In this document: one piece after another, positions 13,251 to 26,800 of the stretch
Position numbering within the stretch: position 1 is the first letter of the stretch
Layout of the letters: each line of letters opens with the position of its first letter
DNA from: Stegostoma tigrinum
Taxonomy: Eukaryota
Assembly (NCBI RefSeq): GCF_030684315.1
Contig: NC_081386.1
Location: 17,803,914 to 17,867,913 of the forward strand
Direction of reading: 5' to 3'
DNA length: 64,000 nt
The notes under the pieces: generated by a model
Database searches by the model: none
The model's input: only the letters and a program-made list of their open reading frames with translations
Told to the model about the DNA's origin: nothing
Made by a program: the position numbers and the translations under genes

Positions 13251-14274
13251 TATGATGAGTAGTGCAAAGGATTACTGCAATTTTTACTGTTTCAAATCAT
13301 TTTGTATGTAAATAACAAAACTATGGAAGAACCGGGAGAAAGTTATCCTGTACTGCTACATTTCTGCAAGTTTGTCACACAAAGGCGTTTTGTGATATTT
13401 CTGTTATGAAAGTTAGTTTTACAGTGAAAGAGTTAGGGTTCACATTAACAAACAACAAATACAGCCACCTACTGTTTTTCTATGTTGATTATATTACATT
13501 TGACTTTACAGACATTAACGTCCTTTGACGATTGTCAGTCGCGTGGAAATGCATCCCTTTTTACAAGTTAGCAGCCTTCAAGGGGTTCATAAAAAAAACT
13601 CTTCCACAAAACAGCTAACCTAATTAGCATAGAAATATAACTTAAAGGAGGGCTATTAACAAAATGAAATAATCTGGCCGTGAGTAGTAGATTTGAAAGG
13701 ATTTTATGGGAGTAAAAATATTGGAAAGAGTATTTAAATCAGTTTTGCACCTAAAAAACTGGAAGCATAATCTGTAAACCTAAAATAGTTGCAATATTAC
13801 ATGCTTGAATAGCTTTATAACAGAAACAAATTTTTAAAACTCCAAGTACTTGTGCCATTTAAAATCCACATGACAAAACAATTTAAACAAATCAGAAGAA
13901 TAAATAAGCCTCAAAGCAATTTAAAGAGGCAAAAAAACCCCACAACTTTGGTATGCAATTTGAGAAATATTAAGGATTGAATTTTATGCTGCCCTGAAAT
14001 GGCTCTGTGGGTCACAGGGTCCATAAAATGCCCCAGGTGACCATCCCACCACCTGCCCCAACCTGTTTGCTAGTCTGCATTGGAATGGGCAAAGATTAGA
14101 CTGACCTTTCCTGGCCCCAGTTAAGGCCCAAAAAGTGGACAATGACTACTTGAAACGCTTACTTCCCACCAGACGTAAATTTCCAGGTTGGCAGGAGTCC
14201 AGGAACATAGAACAAAGTCCAGTGAGTCACCTTACTCAAGATTTGATAGAAAAGGGAGGTGTAACACTGCTGCT

Positions 14275-15350
14275 CAATGTACCACAGGACTAATTTGTAG
14301 GAGCAGAAGCAGACCATTCAGCCCACAGAATCTACTCCACCATTCAATGAGATCACAGCTCAGTAGAAAATCCTCAACTCCACTTTCTTTCCATTGTCCC
14401 ATGAAGCCTTAATTCCACGACTGGTTAAGAATCAGTTTCTCAAATATACTTAAGCCTACCTCTACAGCTCTCTGCTTTAATGAATTCAACAGATTCATTA
14501 CTCTCAAACAAGAAATTCCTTTTCATCTGTCGTAAACAGGCAATCCCTTACTCAGAGATTATGCCTCTGGTCCTAAACTCTCCCACATGGACAACACAAA
14601 AGTGTGAAGTGATTCATTTTGGAACGTCGAATTCAATGCAGAATACAGGGTTAATTACAGGATTCTTGGCAATGTGGAAGAACAGGGGAATCTTGGGGTC
14701 CACATCCATAGATCCCTCAAAGTTGCTACCCAAGTTCATAGGGTTGTTAAGGTGGTGTACGGTGTTTTGGCTTTCATTAGCAGGGGAATGGAATTTAACA
14801 GCGATGAGGTTATGCTGCAGCTCTACAAAACCCTGATTAGATCACACTTGGAATATTATGTTCAGTTCTGGTCGCCTCATTATAGGATGTGAAAGCTTTA
14901 TAGTGGGTGCAGAGGAGATTTTCCAGGATGCTGCCAGGGCTTATGAGGAAAGGTTAAGGGAGCTAGGGTGTTTCTCACTGGAGTGAAGAAGGATGAGAGG
15001 TAACTTGATAGAGGTGTGCAAGATGATGAGAGACACAGATAGAGTGGATAGCCAAAGACTTTTTCCCAGAGTGGAAATGACTATTACGAGGGGAGCATAA
15101 TTTTAAGGTGATTGGAGGAAGGTACAGGGAGATGTCAGAGGTAGGTTCGAAGGTTCTTTACAGAGAGTGGTGGATGCATGGAATGCACTGCCAATGGAGG
15201 TAGGGGAGTTAGATACATAAATGGACATTTTAAGCGACTCTTGGATAGGCACATGGATGATAGTAAAACGTAGGGTAGCTTGATCTTAGAATAGGATAAT
15301 AGATTAGCACAACATCGAGGACTAAAGTGCCTGTACTGTTCTATGTTCTT
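14275..15350. mobile_element. Two CR1 3' fragments, back to back (- about 14275-14590, + about 14590-15350)
   Basis: KCEVIHFG and LYKTLIRSHLEYYVQFWSPHY on +; tail gttctatgttct; CR1-type tail on - at the left. Confidence 0.75.
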
Positions 15351-15592
15351 AACCTCTTAATACTTATCCCTTCAAGCCCCTCCAACAATCTTGTACATTG
15401 CGATAAGGTTGCCTTCCCCACAGGTCTTCAAAGCACAGTGGGTATTCCCTCCATACAGGCTTAAAGATCTCCCAATCCTTGTGACTTGACTTTCCGTGCG
15501 ATCACTCCACTTAAGTGGTTCCAGATCCCAGGCCATAGGATTTGGGGAACTGGTCATTGAATTACTGGTACTGAGTTCCCAGCTAAGCTTGG

Positions 15593-16120
15593 AAACTTGG
15601 AATACTGCGTCCAGTTCTGGTCGCCCTATTATAGGAAAGATGTGGATGCTTTGGAGAGGGTTCAGAGGAGGTTTACCAGGATGCTGCCTGGACTGGAGGG
15701 CTTATCTTATGAAGAGAGGTTGACTGAGCTCGGTCTCTTTTCATTGGAGAAAAGGAGGAGGAGAGGGGACCTAATTGAGGTATACAAGATAATGAGAGGC
15801 ATAGATAGAGTTGATAGCCAGAGACTATTTCCCAGGGCAGAAATGGCTAGCACGAGGGGTCATAGTTTTAAGCTGGTTGGAGGAAAGTATAGAGGGGATG
15901 TCAGAGGCGGGTTCTTTACACAGAGTTGAGAGAGCATGGAATGCGTTGTCAGCAGCAGTTGTGGAAGCAAAGTCATTGGGGTCATTTAAGAGACTGCTGG
16001 ACATGCATATAGTCACAGAAATTTGAGGGTGCAGACAGGAGGATCAGAGGATCAATGGTCAGCACAACATTGTGGGCTAAAGGGCCTGTTCTGTGCTGTA
16101 CTGTACTGTTCTATGTTCTA
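15593..16120 (+). mobile_element. Young 5'-truncated CR1 3' end
   Basis: Open EYCVQFWSPYYRKDVDALERVQRRFTRMLPGL...RRRRGDLIEVYKIMRG; tail ctgttctatgttcta. Confidence 0.9.
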
Positions 16121-16379
16121 AGCAAATCAGCTGGTGGCTTTCCTGAGGCAGGGTCTCACATTCCACACGAGTGAGGGTTGGAAATAGCATTTATTAAATG
16201 CCTAAAATATTAAATGGCTATGCAGCAGCCAGCATCAATAGGAATGCATTCCCTACAAATACTTAGGGCAGTGGGATAGGCACGTTCACCATCTGAAAGA
16301 TCTTGGCCCAACACATTGCTTCAAGGATTTAAACTACTTCTGAACCAAATCTATTCTTAAGAAAAAAGTCCAAGAACAT

Positions 16380-16385
16380 TTTATT
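16380..16385 (-). promoter_or_regulatory. Probable CEP152 polyadenylation signal AATAAA
   Basis: tttatt on + about 280 nt past the stop, followed on - by a U-rich tract; a second candidate lies at 16190-16195. Confidence 0.5.
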
Positions 16386-16666
16386 AGCATTGTATCAAAA
16401 TAAAAATTTTATCTGCAAAAAACATCTAAACATACAGACCAAACAGGAAAACAAATCAGTCTGAGGTACAAAAATAGTTTTCAGAAACATAAATATATGT
16501 GCAACTTTTTAAATTACAAACCTTTTACATCAGGCATAATTTATGCAAAAATCATGAATCCTTAATACCAGTGACAGATAAATGAAAACAGCTCATATAA
16601 TTAGTTCAGTGACATTTAAAGGTATCTGAAAAATGAAGGATTTGTTTGTAACATTGCACTTATTGA

Positions 16667-17847
16667 CTAATGAAAAAATGGACTGTCAAATCCACTGTCC
16701 TGCTGAATAATGTCTGTATTAGAGATCAAATGTGATGGATACTTCTGATGGGAAAGTTTGTTCATCTTTGCTGTCCAGCCATTCAGTGCTAGTTCCTGTT
16801 CAAGCTCAGTGCACTCAATACATTTAGGAGGCTTTGTCTTTGTCCTCAATGGATCCCGGTTAATAGCAGAAATAGTGCTTTCTGCAACATTTTCCATTTG
16901 TTTGGCGTCTATTCTTGACACAAATGGAATTGTTTTACTTGAAAAGCAAGCATGTTCTCCATCAGAAAGAGAGCTAATTTCAGAAGTTACAGAGGAAATG
17001 GAAGGTGACATTTGTGGAGCACCATTTGTAGCTGACCGTGGCTTGGAGGTGCCACTAGACTCGTTGCACATTATAGGCGTGCTACAATCTTCTACATGGC
17101 ATACTTTTCCTCCAGCTTGCCTAAAATTAAAAGTGTCCATTTGACAAGGCCTGATGGCTTCAAGATGGGTAACAAAATCACCATCTCTTTCAGGAGTTTG
17201 TGCATTATTTGGTGCCCTGGTCATAGGTTTGGAACAGACATATACTTCTGAATTATGTATATAAGCTTTTGCAGGCAAGACACAATCCTGATTGCACGCC
17301 ATTTGCAGAGATGTTCTGTCCTTATGACTATCAATAGAATTCAATGTCGGGGCTTTGCTGTTGCACATTTGGGAAGGGTACTTGGCTAAGTTCTGAAAAT
17401 GTGCAAGATTTGCAGTTTTGAGAAACTCAGATTTTGACATCGCATCATTCAACTGATGACCATCTTTTGTTTCATAAAACAAAGCAGTGTCTTTTTGTAA
17501 AATATCAGATGTTTCTTTAATTTTGTGAATGTTAACTTGTTTATAACTTGTAGGTAATTCTTCATCTGAAATGCCATTCTCTGCAGTTGCACCATATAAA
17601 TTATTGTTCAAATTACGTGGCATAAATACTGTGCCTGTTGTGTGCTTTTTGAATTTCTGGACCTGGTCTTCATTGGAAGATGGTTTCTCAACATGATTTG
17701 CCCGCACATGGGTTGATCCACTGGTCTCTTGATCGTTCTCAGAAATCACTGGAGTTTGTTTTGAACTTTTCATATTTGGACAGGCTTTGGAATGGAAGCA
17801 AGCAAAACATGTACACAAAGACTCATCCATGCAAAATGACAGATCAA
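16667..17847 (-). CDS. CEP152: CEP152 terminal coding exon, disordered tail ending [10 protein letters not shown]
   Basis: Lies within ORF 16667-17866; ctgtcag acceptor in phase 1; TAG at 16667-16669. Confidence 0.9.
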
Positions 17848-20800
17848 CTGACAGAACAAAGAACAAATTTTATCAGCTACAGTAGAAGCAAGTGAAGTTA
17901 GAACAGAAAGCTAAGTGCCTGAAATATAAATATCAAATTGTCAACTTTCTAACAACAGTTCTTTATTTTTGTTTTAATATTGCCACATTCTTATGCAGAC
18001 TTAAAAAATCAGAGCCAACTGTCTTCGGCACCTAATTAAAGAGCAGATTAAACAAATCATAAAAAGTACTAACCAGTGGGATATGTAAACAAAAACACAT
18101 GCCTTCCTTCAAAGTTAATGGGATAAAGCTTCTATAAATGATGGAAATGAGCCAAAAGTTCAACAAAAATATGATGAATCAGTATTGATACTTAATTTCT
18201 AGCACAAAACAGGCATCAGTCATTCGCCAAGAACATGAACAGAAATTGCTGGAAAAGCTCAGCAGGTCTGGCAGCATCTGTGAAGGAAAAAAATCAGAGT
18301 TAATGTTTTGGGTCTGGTGACCCTTCCTCAAAATTGATACCAGCTAGGAAAAACGTTGGTTTGTATGCAGAAAATAGGGAGGGGGATGGGATAGGGAGTA
18401 AATGACAGGATAAAGGATAGAGCCCAAAGAGACAAGAGCAATTGGGCAAAGGAGTTGATAACAATCTGGCTAGGAGGGTGAATAGCTGTTAATGGGCACT
18501 GTCAGTAGCTAACAATGGATAGTGTGCAAAGGCAGGCTGTGATAATAAAGCCTGGTATGTGGAATAGGGGAGCTAAGTCATGGGAGAGTGTAGGCCCTAA
18601 AATTATTGAACTCAATATGGAGTCTGGAGGGCTGTAGGGTCCACAAGCAGAAAATGAGGTGTCGTTCTTTGAGCTTGCGCTGAGCTTTGCTTGAACACTG
18701 CAGCAAGCCCGAGACAGAGATGTTGGCCAGGGAACAGTGTGGTATGTTAAAGTGGCAGGCAACTGGAAGCTCAAGGTTTTTTGTTTGCAAGCAGGATGTA
18801 GACGTTCTGCAAAGTGGTCACCTTGTCCATGCTTCGTTTCCCCACATTGTGAGCAGTGAACGTAGTAGACTAGATCTGGGAAGTGCAGATGAAGTATTGC
18901 TTCACCTGGAAGGTATGTTTGGGCCCTTGGATACTGGGAATGTAGGGACGTAAATGGGCAGGTGTTACACCTTTGCTGGTTGCAGGTGAAGATACCATGG
19001 GGCTGTGAAAGGGTGTTGGGAGTGAAGGAAGAGCAGACCAGAGTGTCCCAGAGGGAATGGTCTCTGTGGAAGGCAGAAAAGGAAGGGAGGGGAATAGAAA
19101 TGACATGATGATCTTCTGGATATGGATGCTGGTGGGATGGGAGGTAAGGACAAGGGGAACTCTATCACTGTTGCAGGGTGGAAGAGAAGGGGCGAGGGCA
19201 GAAGTGTGGAAGATGGGTTGGACCTGGTTGAGACATATGTCAACAATGGTGCTGGGGATTCCCTGGTTGAGGAACGAGGCAGACATTTCGGAGGCTCCCT
19301 TGTCAAAGTTGGCCTCATCTGCGCATATGCGACAGAGACGGAGGAACTGAGAGCATGGGATGGGGTGTTTACAGGAAGGAAGGTGCAAGGATATATAGTC
19401 CAGGTAGCTGCGAGAGTCACAGAGTCATCTTAGAAGCATAGAATCCCTAGAGTGTGGAAACAGGTCCTTTGGCCAACAAGTCCACACTGACCCTCAGAGG
19501 ATCCCACATAGTCTACACATCCCTGAACACAAGGCAATTTAGCATGGCCAATCCATCTAGCCTGCACATCTTTGGACTGTAGGAGGAAACCAGAGCACCC
19601 AGAGAAAACCCACACAGACACGGGGAGAATGTGCAAACTCCACACAGACAGTCAAACCTGGGTCCCTGGTGCTGTGAGGAAGCAGTGCTAACCACTGAGC
19701 CACCGTGCCATTGGTAGGTTTATAGTGGACATTAGTGGCCAGTCTATCCCCAGAAATGGAAACAGAGATTTCAAAAAAGAGAAGAGAAAAGGAGGAGTCA
19801 AAGATAGACCAGGTGAAAGTGAAGGCAGGATGGAATTTGGAAGTGAAATCGAAGAACTTGTCTGATTCCGGACAAGAGGGGAGAACAGCACAAATGATAT
19901 GATTGTTATATTGGAGAAAGTTGTGGGTGAGGGCCGGAATAGAACTAAAATAAGGAATGTTCCACGTACCCAATGAAGAGACAGGCATAACTGGGGTCCA
20001 TGTGGGTACCCATGGTCACTCCTTTGACCGGAGAAAAATGAGAGGAGTTAAAAGAAGTTGTTGAGGGCGAGGACAAGCTCAATCAAGCGGAGGAGGGTGG
20101 TGGGTAAGTATGGTTCAGGCCTCTGCCCATTTACATCGATCTTTTTAGACCAAGCTGTTGAATATTGTTTTCTAACATTGAAAAGTTATCAGTTTTCTTC
20201 TTGGTCCCTGAAAGTGCAGTTTGAGCTGACTGTTAGTACAAGTAGGTAGGGCTTAGGGCAGCTTAACTTTCTCTCTCTGATGAGAAAGTATTGCAGCATA
20301 CATGTTGATCTGAAAAACAAGTCAATTCAATTTATCCAGTCCCAACATCTTGCTTTTTCACATAGACCAACACTTCCCATTCCCTCTTTTCAGCCATGAC
20401 ATGTCACACTGGCACTACTAGTCAGCCTTTAATTTTTCAATCCACAAATGCATATTTTACTTCGTGTTATCTTAAAACAGTCAAATGTTTGTGTCATTTG
20501 CTTGATTTTTTCATGTACATTCATTCTTTGCATCAGAAGCCAATGACATTTCAAAATGGCAACCACCCACACCCACAATTCACTTTCCTACTCTGTGTAC
20601 AGGTCAACTCTAATTTTGGAGGGACTTCGAAAGGTAGAGGTGTGTGCCAACATCTGTGGTAGAAATCTTACTACTTCCAAGCACACAAAGGACAAACATG
20701 CTATACCACTGAAGTTTAACAAACATTTTTACCTCTCGAATACAGCTGACTTTTAAAATATTATGTTCTCAAATAAAATCAAAACATTAAACACAAATCA

Positions 20801-23800
20801 ACAAAAACACAATCTTAAACTAGGAACAAAAAACCCAAAATCTGAATATACATATTCCAAAATATCATACTAACCTGTCAGGGTTTCAGCTTTGTCACGC
20901 TTTCGATTTGGAAGAGGAGTTTCTAAAGCTTTGGCCATTGCAGCCAACTTGCTAGCAGCATTCATGATCCTCTTTTCAGCACTGAAAAAGTAACCATTTT
21001 AAATAAATCTCTATTGCCAGTATAATTAACATAGTTCTTAAACCAATAACATCCAAATGATCACAACCATCTGCCTCAGTGTCTGGGCTTTTCAAAGCAA
21101 GTTTGCTATTGATGAGGAGTGTAGGGATCAATAAACCTTTTTGTGTTATATGTATTAGAATCCTAAAGCATTAGTTCAATGCCAATAAATACTCCTGTTT
21201 TATAACAAGTATCCATTTTGCCTAAACTAAACTACTCTAAAAAACTCTAAGAATTTATTTTGAAATAGACCAATTAAATTGGATTAAAGTAGTACAATCT
21301 AGAAAAGTATGTGTGTACTCTTTAAACAATTGCACAAGTGAACAAGGTCAAGTTCAGCAATGTCAGTCTCTAAGTTGAAAAGTCACCTATGAGGTACAGA
21401 GAACTGAGATAATGGGAACTGCAGATGCTGGAGAATCCAAGATAACAAAGTGTGAAGCTGGATGAACACAGCAAGCCAAGCAGCATCTCAGGAGCACAAA
21501 AGCTCCTAAAAAGGTACAGAGAACTGCCCTGTGGAAAAATGGCCCCATGTATTTTGCTGCCCTCAGAAGTGCAAGTTAAAAACACAGGGAGAGAAAAGGC
21601 AAATTAAATTAAAATTACAGCTTGACCAAATGCAAAGAACTGAAATAATTATAGTACACTCAAATATGTTAGCACTTTCAGGTTATTGTTCTCCACAATC
21701 ACTGACCTCTGTCTCATTACTTTAAAATGTACATTTCCCTGGTATATATTGATCCGTAGTTAAAAATCAGTAGGAAGTCTGCATTGTTTCAGAGGTAGTA
21801 GATTCTCCAGCATCTGCAGTTCCTGAGATAACAAGGTGTAGAGCTGGATGAACACAGCAGGCCAAGTTGCATCACAGGAGCAGGAGAGCTGACCTTTCGG
21901 GCCTAGACTCTGAAATGTCAGCTCTCCTGCTCCTATGCTGCTGCTTGGCCTGCTGTGTTCATCCAGCTCTACATCTTGTTATCTCAGAAGTCTGCATCGG
22001 TTGGTCTTTGTCCTCTCGAAAAAGAAAGATACTCTATTACAGGGCTCTGGTTTCATATATACACCAAAAAATAAATAAGGATGTCAGATTTTAAAAAAGA
22101 TAAAATTCTGCCACCCAAAGCTTTGATCTTATGCACTGGAATACTATTTGATCTTTGATTTCTGACAGAGTTATGAGCATATGCATCAAAAGGGACATTT
22201 TTTCTTTCAGAAAGTATTCCTCATTGTCCCAAATGTTCATTTTACAACTTAATTATGTCATTAATACAATGGTGACCACAGTAAATAGTGCTCTTTTAGA
22301 AGCTGCAACAAAAAAAGTTTTTACCCATCATTGTTCCCACCGTCTACTAGGAGTTGGTGGAGACAAGTCAAGTAATATTTCCGCATTTTCCGTGCGGTTT
22401 GTTGACGTTCCTTCAATACCTCTGCACGAATCATTTCAGCTGCTCGCTTCTTACTTTCTTGAATATAACGCATCATGTCTCCTGCACAAATTAAGAAAAG
22501 TCCTTGAGATACAGGACCAAATGGGGAGGCGACAGACTAAATGGTATTATCACTGGACCATTAATCCAGAAAGCCTGGCAATATTCTGGGTACCTGGGTT
22601 TGAAATATGCTTGTGGTAGATGGTGAAATTTGAATTCAATAAACATCTGGAATTAAGATTCTTTGGATGACCGTCAGGAAACCAGAAAACTGCCATTCTT
22701 ACCAGTCTAGTCTACATGTGATGCCAGAACCACAGTACTATTGCTGTGGGTCTGAATGGCAAACACTGTTGGACTGCAAATAAATTTGACAACCAATGCA
22801 CACAAAAGCAAATCTCAAGGAAACAATGTAATGATGTCAGTTAAGTGATAACTGGGAGTCCTCTGCTGCTCTTTCCATAACCTGACAATCTCTAATCATT
22901 CAGTTAATATGGTCTTTTAATTCTTCTTGCCCAAATGGATGATTTCATACTTGCCTATAATACTCCATTTGCTTGATCTCTGTCCACCCATTTAACCTGT
23001 CTTTGTAACCTCATGTCCACAAGGCCTAGTCAGCAACATCAATGTCCCACAAACCAATGGGAAAATTCAACTCACCTTCTCATCTACCTTTGTATCATCA
23101 GCAATTTTAGCACCGATTCCGTCAGTCCTTAATCGAATTCATTTATAGAATATAAAATTGTTGTGGCCCAGCATTGTTCCTTGTGGCAGACCACCAATTG
23201 TCATCTTTCCAATCAGAACAAGATCGGTTTCTGCCTACCTGTTAATCAGCCAATCTTCTATGCATGCCAAAATGTCACATCCTCACACCATGGTTTTAAT
23301 TTTCTGCAATAACATTTGTTGTGGCACCTTGCCAAATGCCTTCTGGAAACTGAAGTCCAGTACCTCTATCGGTTTCTTTTTATCCACAGCACATGTTACT
23401 TCTTTTAAAGAATGCCAATAAATGGATTTAACAGGATTTTCTTTTCACAAAACCGTGTTGACTCCACATGATTACTTTTGAAGTTTTCGCAAAACGCTAA
23501 GTTTTTTTTTTAAATAATAGCTTCAATCATGACAGAAACTAACTTGCCTGTAATTTCCTGTCTTATTCCCACTTTCTAATGAAATCTTCCTCAAATCTAG
23601 GAGATTTTGGAAAATTAGAACCAATGCATCTCAAGTCCCTTCTTTTAAAGATATAGGATATAATCCACCTGGACCACTGGTCTTGTCAAATTGCAGTATA
23701 ACAATGTGCTCAGTATTCACTTCTCTGGGTGATGATAGTTTTCTGGAGTTCCTTCTTCCCTCCCTTCTGTTTCCTGAGTTAGAGCTATTTTTGAGATGTT

Positions 23801-26800
23801 AATTCTACCCTATAAAGACTGATGCAAAATACTTGTTCAATTCATCAGACATCTTGATTTTCCAGTGCTAAATTGCCCAGGCTCACTTTCTATACAATTA
23901 ATGCCCACTTTTTGTTATTTTTTTCTGAAGAAAAGTTAATAGAAACTCTTAAATAAAAACCAAAAGAACTGCAGATGCTGTAAATCAGGAACAAAAACAA
24001 AGTTGCTGTAAAAGCTCAGCAGGTCCAGCAGCACCTGTGAAGAAAAAGTCAGAATTAACGTTACCCGGACCCAAAACGTTAACTCGAGTTTTTCTTCACA
24101 GATACTGCCAGACCTGCTGAGCTTTTATGGCAACTTTGTTTTTGTAATAGAAACTACCACTGTTTTTTATATTTCTACTTAGATTTTCTCTCATACTTTT
24201 AATTTTTCTCTTATTGTCATTCTTTGCTGTTTTGTACATTCTGTCCAATCTTGAGATGTCACCTGTCGTTGTGTAATTATATGCTTTTTCTTCAAGCCTG
24301 ATACTATCTTTAACTTTTTTGTTAATACTTTCCTGGGAATTCTTTTTTCCTCAAATGAACATAGTTTTTAAACATTTGAAACATCCCCATTAATGTCTGC
24401 CACTGCATTGCTCTTGACCTCTCTCAATAATTTTCCAGTTCACTTTAGCTAACTCTTTTTGTTCTTACTGCCCTAAAACATGAATCTTAAACCCGCTGGT
24501 CTCCCCCTCCAAAATGTAATATTCAATCATATAATAATGACTTTAATGAGCCCTTATCAATCCCCAAGTGATTGGTGACAAATGATACACAATCTAAAAG
24601 TTGGGACGTAAAGCTGGCATTTTTACTGACTAATCATTATACATTTAAGGATTATACCATTGCAGGTGCGTGAATATATATCTGAAAATACCCTTCTCTG
24701 AATTCCAATCAAAAATCGACAAAATACATCAGGGAGCCATTAACTGATTAATTTTAAAAGGTACAATGAGGAATTTGTTGTATGGTATGCACTTACGCCA
24801 GCATAATACATTGTAAGTATTCGCCAAATAAAAGTTTTCAAAGTTAAAGAGAAGTTCGTTGTGCCAAAAACTGATCAAGATCAATACTTGCATTGAAAAC
24901 AGCTATAAGAAATGCCAGTAAAACTTGTTATTTCACAACAGCTATTTAAAATTATAAACCAAAGATAGATGTAATTCAATTTCAATTCAGTTAAGTACAA
25001 TTAGTCAACTATTCTATTACTGTAACATTCATCTATCAGGATTGGTAGACAAGTGGATAGATTGATATTCTTGTATTTTGTAATTCGTGCATTGTACGGA
25101 AGATATATACAAAAACAGACTGATGGTAATCACCTCTGATTTTGTCCACAGCTCTCAAATACTGACACCGAATTTCTTCTAATCCTTTTGCAGAGATCAA
25201 CTTGCATGAATTCTCAGGGTTACAATTTTCCTGTAAACTAAAAAGGGGAAAAATATTGGAAAGGTAGCTGTAAGCACATATTACGTTACTTGAAATAGCA
25301 AAATCTAAAAACAATTGATCATGTTCAGATAATTATGAGGGCTTCCAGTGTTGATATTTATTTTAGTCTTTATCTAATCTACAAAAACTAACTACTTTTG
25401 ATGCTCAATATTTACTTGCCCAGGGTAAACTACTGAATGAATGATGCTTTCTGTTCCCTCATCTTTCACATTCTGTTCAATGATCAGATCTGTGATTTGG
25501 CCTGCTGATCAGTTGATGTATATGGAGGCTGCACGTCGCAGCACCATCAAAGGAGTAGTCCAGAAATTTTGCATTATCTGAATGACCTGTGGGGTTCCCA
25601 ACATATTGCTTACGTCAATATCACCTATTGCACAACTTTGTGGGAACAGAATCGCTCAGATTTTAGAACCAAAAGTAAAGCATAGCATTGGCTAGCATAA
25701 AATATATTTGGACAATACTGCTTTATGCATATAGGAGTTAACAATGGTGTAATTTGCATGCGTACAATCTTACATCAACTTTAATATTAATAATTTGGTT
25801 TCTGTATGCATGAACTTTCATCTACATATTTAGGCTAGGTAGTGTGCATTTGTGAAATGTGGACGGGCATTCTGTTACTTGAGTAGTTGGTTCATTAGAA
25901 TAAGTTCAGCCACCATATCCTCATCTTGGAAACAGAAAGAGATCTGTAACTTAAAATGGTGTTCTACTTATTTCTGCAATGCACCAAAGATTTAAGTGCA
26001 AGAAAAATAGATTCAATGTGCTGATATCACGTTAAGAGGGAATATGCTAATGACATGTGACTAGGACATAAAAGAAGTGACCAGCACCATTTCATAGTTC
26101 AGCTTCTGGTGTGCAGCAAGAAAGAGTGCAGCTCCTGCAACAAGTGTTACTGAACCCATACAACTAATCTGTCTGTCTAGAAAGGCACTCCTGCAACAGA
26201 ATTCAAATAAACAGAAAGTAATGTTGAGACCATCACACTTTTTATCCTCTTACTCATTTTTTTGAAACAAAGTTGAAAATTGAACTTTGAACAGTAGTTT
26301 GTTTTTAAAACAGCAAAAAAAAAGGATGTTAGGTTTTGGGAGTGGCCTAGAAAGATACTGCAGATTAATTACTACTCTAAGAACACTACAGATGATTCAG
26401 CACAGAGACGTGCTATGCTCAGGACTGGTAGCTAGTTGGACATCAAATTGGTCAATCAATTGAAAACTGGCACTAGCCAGCCAATCACAGAAGATGGTGA
26501 AAAAGAAAAGCAAAGCCACGAGTGAACTAGTAGATAAGGTTTTGGGCAGGAGGCAGTTTTCTTCTGGAAGCTTCCAGACTGTTGTTGTTTTTGGATTTTG
26601 CATTCTCTCTCTCTCTAGTTATTCTCCAGTTACTGATTAGTTGAAAGTTCTGAGAAAAGAAACCCAATCAGCAATAAGTAGAAATCTCCAGAGGTCTGTG
26701 GAAACTGTCTGCATTGACTGGTGACTTCAGCATTCTTGAAAGTTATCAAACAAGCAAAGTACAATTTCTTTTTTTTAAGAATTTATCCTTTAACTGTGTC

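Noticed and set aside
16758-17144. 128-aa + strand ORF (likewise 22155-22619 and 33592-33945)
   Set aside because: Antisense shadows of CEP152 exons.
19680-19709. tRNA-like A-box sequence (also about 27615-27680)
   Set aside because: SINE heads; no complete cloverleaf, and the sequence continues into the SINE body.
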